From: a virus
Lineage: Duplodnaviria > Caudoviricetes
Virus record (IMG/VR): IMGVR_UViG_3300026551_000001
Span: 1 to 50,609 of that record
DNA: 50,609 nucleotides
Strand: one strand, 5' to 3'
The notes under the pieces were generated by a model that saw only the letters and a program-made list of their open reading frames with translations, made no database searches and was not told the origin of the DNA. A program made the translations under genes and the position numbers. Shown here one piece after another: positions 45,272 through 50,609 of this stretch (position 1 is its first letter; every line of letters begins with the position of its first letter).

Positions 45272-46039
45272 ATGACCGATATTCTAGACGAAACAAGTTT
45301 AACCCAAATTGATCCTGATAGAAAATATCTTCAAGATCTAGTTGGAGAAGATAAAAAGTTTAAATCTAACGAGGACCTTGCTAGAGGTAAACACATTTCA
45401 GATTCATATATAACTTTATTAGAGAAGCGTTTAGATGCTTCTAGACAAGAGTATATGGATCTAAACCAGCAGTATAATGCTAGGGCGAAGATAGAAGAGT
45501 TGCTAGACCAAATGGCAGTTCAGCGTTCAAGTAGCGAACAACCCACAGTGAAAGACGATAAAATACAACAGCCCCAATTTGATCCTAAACAATTAGATGT
45601 TCTTATTTCTAATAAAATCTTAGAGAATGAAACGACTAAACGTCAGCAAGACAACGCTAACTTTGTAAGGGATAAAATTATAAAAGAATATGGTTCTGAT
45701 TATCAGAACACAGTCAATAGACAAATCAATGAATTAGGACTAACTCGAGAGGAATTTAATAGTATGGCTCGTATACAACCTAAGGTTTTACTTAGATCTC
45801 TAGGTCTAGATGAACAGATTAAACAAGATCCTTTCCGTTCTCTTCCTCAATCTCAACAGAGAACAACTACGACTGGACCTACAGTAGAAAAACGTACTTG
45901 GTCTTATTATCAAGATATGAAGAAGAAAGATCCTGATCTTTGGCAGTCTAAGAAAATAGCCGTTCAGATGCATAATGATGCTATCGCCTTAGGCGAAGAC
46001 TTCAGAGATGGAGATTATTACGCATATGGACACACTTAA
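45272..46039 (+). CDS. Capsid scaffolding protein
   Basis: LVGEDKKFKS.EDLARG followed by a coiled coil; between portal and major capsid genes. Confidence 0.75.
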   Translation: MTDILDETSLTQIDPDRKYLQDLVGEDKKFKSNEDLARGKHISDSYITLLEKRLDASRQEYMDLNQQYNARAKIEELLDQMAVQRSSSEQPTVKDDKIQQPQFDPKQLDVLISNKILENETTKRQQDNANFVRDKIIKEYGSDYQNTVNRQINELGLTREEFNSMARIQPKVLLRSLGLDEQIKQDPFRSLPQSQQRTTTTGPTVEKRTWSYYQDMKKKDPDLWQSKKIAVQMHNDAIALGEDFRDGDYYAYGHT

Positions 46040-46064
46040 CTAAAACTAAAAGGAACAAACTCAT

Positions 46065-47024
46065 ATGGCAGGTTTTATGGATGCCAATACTCAGTTCCTA
46101 GTTAGAACTAATCTTTGGTCGCGTCAGATCAAAGAACTCTTACTAGATGAACTGAATGCTATGAAGTTTGTCCGTATTTTATCTGACTTCCCCGATGGTT
46201 ATACGTTAAATATTCCGTCGATTGGTGAAGCTACTGAACAAGACTTTACTGAAGGTCAAGCAATTAAATACTCTGCGATGGATACTGGTAATTTTACCTT
46301 CTCCTTCGATCAGTATAAATATTCTGCTAACGCCATCTCAGAGAAGTTCAAGAGAGATAGCTACTATGCTTCTGATGTTATCGCTGCCTTCGTGCCTCGA
46401 CAACATCGAGTCTTAATGGAAGGCGTGGAAACACGTATTCTTGCTCAAGCTAATAACGGACAGACTGCTTCTAACCCCAATATCATTAACTTGGCTGACC
46501 ATCGCTTCGTCGCCACAGGTATCAATACTGGTCTGGCTTTACCAGATTTCGCTCGTGCACAGTATGCTTTAACAAAGGCTAACGTGCCTCTGACTAATTT
46601 AGTCGGTATTATTGATCCTAGTGTCGCCTATACGATTCAGACTCAAGCTAACCTTGTTAACTTACTCTCTCCGATGCCTATGTGGGAAGGTGTAGTGAAA
46701 GAAGGTGCAGTTAGTGGATTTAAGTTTAGGTTTAATCTTTATGGATTTGATCTTTACGTATCCAACTATCTTCCCTCAATCACTACAGAAACGATTAGTG
46801 GTACTACTGTAACTACAGGTGTTGCTAATTACTTCTTCTCAGCGGCTCCAGGAGATACGTTACCATGGGTTGGTGGTTTCCGTCAGATGCCGACCGTCTA
46901 CTCGGAGTTCAATAAAGATCTCCAGCAAGAGGAATATCTGACTATCACCGAGTATGGTTTCAAGCTTTATCGGCCTGAAAACATGGTCACCATCTTAACC
47001 GCTACTGGCGTTGTGCCGAGCTAA
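46065..47024 (+). CDS. Major capsid protein
   Basis: 319 aa; LVR..LWS…L.D…DFPDG.TLNIPSIG, C-terminal YGFKLYRPEN; synteny. Confidence 0.88.
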   Translation: MAGFMDANTQFLVRTNLWSRQIKELLLDELNAMKFVRILSDFPDGYTLNIPSIGEATEQDFTEGQAIKYSAMDTGNFTFSFDQYKYSANAISEKFKRDSYYASDVIAAFVPRQHRVLMEGVETRILAQANNGQTASNPNIINLADHRFVATGINTGLALPDFARAQYALTKANVPLTNLVGIIDPSVAYTIQTQANLVNLLSPMPMWEGVVKEGAVSGFKFRFNLYGFDLYVSNYLPSITTETISGTTVTTGVANYFFSAAPGDTLPWVGGFRQMPTVYSEFNKDLQQEEYLTITEYGFKLYRPENMVTILTATGVVPS

Positions 47025-47039
47025 TAAGGAGGTAACATT

Positions 47040-47753
47040 ATGGTTTCTGGCTTTTGGTATAATCAGGATGGTCTCCCCATCCAATACGGCACTCAGAAGG
47101 CCGTATCCGACACTGCAGGCGATTACCTCGTCTATGGTGAAACTAGAGAGATTGAACAGTTAATTCCCTTAGTCCCTATGCAACAGGGCTCTGGTAATAC
47201 TCCTCTCATTGCAGCTCCACCTACCACGTTCTCTGGAACTGGTAACTTTGCTGCAGCGGGAATCACCTCTCCTAACGTTCTCTTTCCTTTACAAATCACT
47301 GCTCCAATCGTTACTACGACTGGTGGTAATTTAGTCTTCAATAATACTAATATCTTCATTGAAGAAGTTACTGCTGAGAATTTAATTACCGCTACTGGTG
47401 GTACGAGCATTGCAGTCGGATTAGTTGTAACTTCTCCAGGTTCTCCTAGTTCTACATTTGTACAGGCTACGCCTAATCCAGGTGCTCAATTAATCACTAC
47501 TTTAGCTATCGCTAATATGACTGCTGGTCAGAGGGTTACGTTTACCGTACCTTCTACTACTGGTTTGCGATGGGATACTGCAACTGCAGTTGGAACAAGT
47601 GGTGCATGGTTAGGTAATACTCCTTTAGTGACTAATGCTATTACTCCGCTGCCTAATACAGCGTGGATTAGCACTATCGCTACAGGTGCATTTACTAACG
47701 GGTTGATCAAACTTCGCGTTAGATACACAATCTATGGAAACATTAGTTTCTAA
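47040..47753 (+). CDS. Capsid decoration / minor structural protein
   Basis: Strong TAAGGAGGT RBS directly after the MCP; W.N.DGL…YG start and G.IKLRVRY end. Confidence 0.65.
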   Translation: MVSGFWYNQDGLPIQYGTQKAVSDTAGDYLVYGETREIEQLIPLVPMQQGSGNTPLIAAPPTTFSGTGNFAAAGITSPNVLFPLQITAPIVTTTGGNLVFNNTNIFIEEVTAENLITATGGTSIAVGLVVTSPGSPSSTFVQATPNPGAQLITTLAIANMTAGQRVTFTVPSTTGLRWDTATAVGTSGAWLGNTPLVTNAITPLPNTAWISTIATGAFTNGLIKLRVRYTIYGNISF

Positions 47754-47808
47754 TAATGATTTATGGTGTGGGGTCTTCGGACCCCCACTGTATAGAAAGG
47801 ATAAATAA

Positions 47809-48321
47809 ATGGCTGTTGTTGATCAAGCTCGACTTGTAGATATGGCAGGATTGGACGATAGTATCAACAATACTCGCGTTCGTGCCACAAAGACTCCTAT
47901 TACAGTAGGAGCAACTACTTTTCCATCTAATCCGTTTGGAACTAATTACATTGATGGTACCGGTACCCCAGTAAGTGTTACTTCCGGTACTAGTTTTACT
48001 TTCACAGCAGGTAATCTTTTAACAGGTATTATAGTTGCTAATCCTACTGCAGCTATTACTGGTACTTTTGATACTGCTGTAAATATTGTAGCAGGTGTTA
48101 ATGCAGTGACTGCTGGTGCTGTCGTTGGAGATTATATCTCTTGTTTAATTATAAATGGAAATAATGCTAATGCTCTTACGTTAGCTGCAGGTGCAGGGGG
48201 TAGTTATGATGCAAATCAATTAGCCGCTGCTCGTATTATCTCTGCTAATGCGTCTAAATATTGCTTATTTAGGTTAACTAATGTTACTTCTGGTTCTGAA
48301 GCTTATGTAGTCTATTCCTAA
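47809..48321 (+). CDS. Virion structural protein
   Basis: Ala/Thr/Gly-rich; AAAGGA RBS preceded by a cUUCGg hairpin (47768-47788). Confidence 0.6.
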   Translation: MAVVDQARLVDMAGLDDSINNTRVRATKTPITVGATTFPSNPFGTNYIDGTGTPVSVTSGTSFTFTAGNLLTGIIVANPTAAITGTFDTAVNIVAGVNAVTAGAVVGDYISCLIINGNNANALTLAAGAGGSYDANQLAAARIISANASKYCLFRLTNVTSGSEAYVVYS

Positions 48322-49799
48322 TGGCAGACAAAATCACTCTAGGTAGTGTAGGAAACATTGATAATAGTTTACTGACTACCATTAATAATAACAATGCTTT
48401 AATTACTACTGCTTTTGATAATACGCTATCTAGAGATGGTACTACTCCTAATCAGATGTTTGCTACTTTAGATATGAATAGTTTTCAGGTGTTGAATTTA
48501 CCTTCTCCTGCTACTGTTAATTCTCCAGCTAGATTAGTAGATGTCGTAACTAATCCTACTATTACTGTTCCTGCAGTAGGTACTTCAGGAGCTGTAGTAG
48601 GTCTTTTAAATACTAATAATACTGAGTCTGGTAATAATACTTATTCAGGTACTAATAGTTTTACTGGTCCTTCTAATACTTTTACTAATACAGTTACTAT
48701 GAATGGAACAGTTAATTTTGCTTCTTTACCTACATTTACAATGGCAGGTAGATCTGTCTTAGGAAATAATTCCAGTGTTTCAGGACCTTCTTCTGCTTTA
48801 ACTATTCCAGCTTTATTAGGCTTACAGTTAGTTCCTACGGCAGCTACTAATGCAATAGCTTTACAAACTACTTCTACTGGAGCAGGTACAGCTAATCAAG
48901 GTACTGGCTTACAACAGTATTACAATCTTTTAAATATAACGGGAGATAATGTAAACTGTGGTAATAACAATACTACAAGCTTTTCTTTAGGTCTTCTTAT
49001 TAACCAAGCCTTCGGTGGTACCAATTGTTTTGGAGGTCGAATTGGATTAAGTTCTGAACTTACCATGACTTCTCCTACTGCAGCTACCAATGGTGTTAGA
49101 TTCTATGCTGCTGTCTTAGGACAAGGGCAAGCTAATACATCTGATGGTGCTGCTGGTGGTAGAATGTATGGAGGTAATTTCTTAGGAGTTCTCACTAGTG
49201 GAGCTACTAGTAATTTCTCACAATGTTCTGCTTTATATGATCAAATCTTCATTCAATCAGGAGCTTCTGTAACTACTAAGACTATCCATACATTAGCATA
49301 TGGAGCTTCAGATGCAATTCAAGGCTTCACCACTGATGCCGCTATACTTATTTCAGCAGAAACAGGAGCTGCAGCCGGTGGTAAGAATGCTATATTAATT
49401 AGTAATGTCTTAGGTGCTCAACCTTTAGCTACTTCAGCTACTGTATTAAATATACAAGGTTCACCTACTATTACCAACGGTATAGATCTTAGTAATGCTA
49501 CTATCTCTGGTTCAGCATTTAAGAGTCCTGGTTTCTCAGTAGGTGGTGGTGGAAATGTTCTTTCTGCTAGTAATGCTCAGATTGCCAATGGAACAGCTAT
49601 TCCTGCAGGTGGTACAGCCGCCGTAGGTTATCTATTTTCAAGTACAACTAACTTTGGTATCTTCTTTGGTTCAGGTGCTCCTACATTAAGTGCTGCTCAA
49701 GGATCTATTTATCTTAGATCTGATGGTGCTATTAATGCTCGTATGTATATCAATACCAACGGAACTACTGGTTGGACTGCATTTAATACGATAACCTAA
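48321..49799 (+). CDS. Tail fibre / receptor-binding protein
   Basis: N-terminal anchor INNN…I..AFDNTLSRDGT.PNQM…LDMNS…LNLP; C-terminal GSGAP…AAQGSIYLRSDG…MYINT.G.TGW. Confidence 0.8.
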   Translation: MADKITLGSVGNIDNSLLTTINNNNALITTAFDNTLSRDGTTPNQMFATLDMNSFQVLNLPSPATVNSPARLVDVVTNPTITVPAVGTSGAVVGLLNTNNTESGNNTYSGTNSFTGPSNTFTNTVTMNGTVNFASLPTFTMAGRSVLGNNSSVSGPSSALTIPALLGLQLVPTAATNAIALQTTSTGAGTANQGTGLQQYYNLLNITGDNVNCGNNNTTSFSLGLLINQAFGGTNCFGGRIGLSSELTMTSPTAATNGVRFYAAVLGQGQANTSDGAAGGRMYGGNFLGVLTSGATSNFSQCSALYDQIFIQSGASVTTKTIHTLAYGASDAIQGFTTDAAILISAETGAAAGGKNAILISNVLGAQPLATSATVLNIQGSPTITNGIDLSNATISGSAFKSPGFSVGGGGNVLSASNAQIANGTAIPAGGTAAVGYLFSSTTNFGIFFGSGAPTLSAAQGSIYLRSDGAINARMYINTNGTTGWTAFNTIT

Positions 49800-49936
49800 T
49801 GGAACAGAAGATTAAATCTATATTAGGAGATCTTATGTTTAATATGATTTCTTTACAAGCTCAAGTAGAACAATTACAACAGGAAGTAAATAAACTTAAT
49901 GATGAAGACAAGTCTAAACGGAAGAAGTCTGATTGA
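49799..49936 (+). CDS. Small coiled-coil protein (possible fibre chaperone)
   Basis: MEQKIKSILGDLMFNMISLQAQVEQLQQEV…, TAATG-coupled to the fibre gene. Confidence 0.55.
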   Translation: MEQKIKSILGDLMFNMISLQAQVEQLQQEVNKLNDEDKSKRKKSD

Positions 49937-50474
49937 ATCTTTTGAAGGATTAATTCTTCAATCTTATGATGATTACAACGATCATGTAGTAAATCCAGGA
50001 GATACAGTTCATGGGACTCTTACTATTGGTTATGGGCATACCAGTGCTGCTGGCGATCCTAGCGTATTTCTTGGGCAAGTACTTACACAGTCTGACGCGG
50101 ATAGAATCCTCGGACAAGATCTCGGACGAGTCGAACAAGAAGTAAATACTCTTGTTAAAGTTCCTCTGAATCAAAATCAGTTTGATGCTCTTGTTTCATT
50201 CCAATTCAATACAGGAGCTTTAGGACACTCTTCTGCCTTACCTCTTTTAAACGAAGGTAAGTATACAGAAGCTGCAGATCATCTGTTATTATATGATAAA
50301 GCTGGGGGTAGAACACTAGCAGGTCTAATCCGTCGTAGGAAGGTCGAGGAGAAGCTTTTCCTATCTCAAGCCACTACCCTACCTGACACCTCTACAAAAC
50401 CTACCAGTGACGTTCCTACGAGCTTCTGGGGCTATCTGGTTAGCCTTCTAACAACCTTAATGAAAGGAAAATAA
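49899..50474 (+). CDS. Endolysin, GH24 lysozyme
   Basis: FEG….Y.D, TIGYGH, LNQNQFDALVSF.FN.G, GLIRRR..E..LF motifs. Confidence 0.92.
   Translation: MMKTSLNGRSLIESFEGLILQSYDDYNDHVVNPGDTVHGTLTIGYGHTSAAGDPSVFLGQVLTQSDADRILGQDLGRVEQEVNTLVKVPLNQNQFDALVSFQFNTGALGHSSALPLLNEGKYTEAADHLLLYDKAGGRTLAGLIRRRKVEEKLFLSQATTLPDTSTKPTSDVPTSFWGYLVSLLTTLMKGK
50333..50430 (-). repeat. Dispersed three-box DNA element, copy C
   Basis: - strand reads AGCTCGTAGGAACGTCACTGGT … TCAGGTAGGGTAGT … GACCTTCCTACG. Confidence 0.7.
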
Positions 50475-50475
50475 T

Positions 50476-50609
50476 ATGTGGACTACATTCTTAGAATATG
50501 CAACTCCGATTGGAACCGTAGCAGGTTTTGTCGTCGGTTGGCTCGGAGGTAAGTATACCTTCGTCGGTCTCAAGAACGGGATCGTTACAGAAGTTAATAC
50601 CTTAAAATC
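50476..50609 (+). CDS. Small membrane protein of the lysis cassette (55 aa). Spans the circular junction and ends at nt 160.
   Basis: AAGGA RBS and ATG at 50476. Reads MWTTFLEYATPIGTVAGFVVGWLGGKYTFVGLKNGIVTEVNTLKSDVTAIKAKLP* through the overlap, with one hydrophobic segment. Lies between the endolysin and the holin-like gene. Confidence 0.75.
   Translation, partial: MWTTFLEYATPIGTVAGFVVGWLGGKYTFVGLKNGIVTEVNTLK

Noticed and set aside
50483-50609. 127 bp terminal repeat as a biological DTR
   Set aside because: It cuts through a lysis gene and equals a common assembler k-mer length; most likely a circularisation overlap.
1-50609. Stop-codon recoding or alternative genetic code
   Set aside because: Core genes are intact in the standard code, TAA/TAG/TGA all serve as stops, and the only tRNA is a sense Leu tRNA.

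Overview
Essentially complete, circularly assembled dsDNA podovirus genome. The last 127 nt (50483-50609) repeat nt 1-127, giving about 50,482 bp of unique sequence. It has two opposed arms. The + strand morphogenesis/lysis arm runs from about 35.1 kb through the window end to 13,976 (terminase, portal, scaffold, major capsid, tail fibre, GH24 endolysin, holin-like genes, tail tubular A/B, three internal virion proteins, a phosphatase-metallopeptidase fusion). The - strand early/replication arm runs from about 32.1 kb down to 14,151 (primase-helicase, UNG, family A DNA polymerase, SSB, exonuclease, endonuclease I, tRNA-Leu). No RNA polymerase or integrase was recognised and sigma70-type promoters are present, so it is probably a lytic, host-RNAP-dependent phage. 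A Zobellviridae-like placement and an alphaproteobacterial host are inferences from recalled family features. Most notable: (1) a ~1.05 kb ORF-free, densely helical intergenic region (17390-18440) that looks like a large ornate ncRNA; (2) a second hairpin array with a duplicated unit (26252-26520); (3) three DNA-metabolism genes that appear to start at ATT/ATA; (4) genome-encoded ssrA-like C-terminal tails; (5) a dispersed three-box ~85 bp DNA element in four copies; (6) degenerate GATase and GGCT genes. All calls are from visual motif recognition; no searches or folding programs were run.
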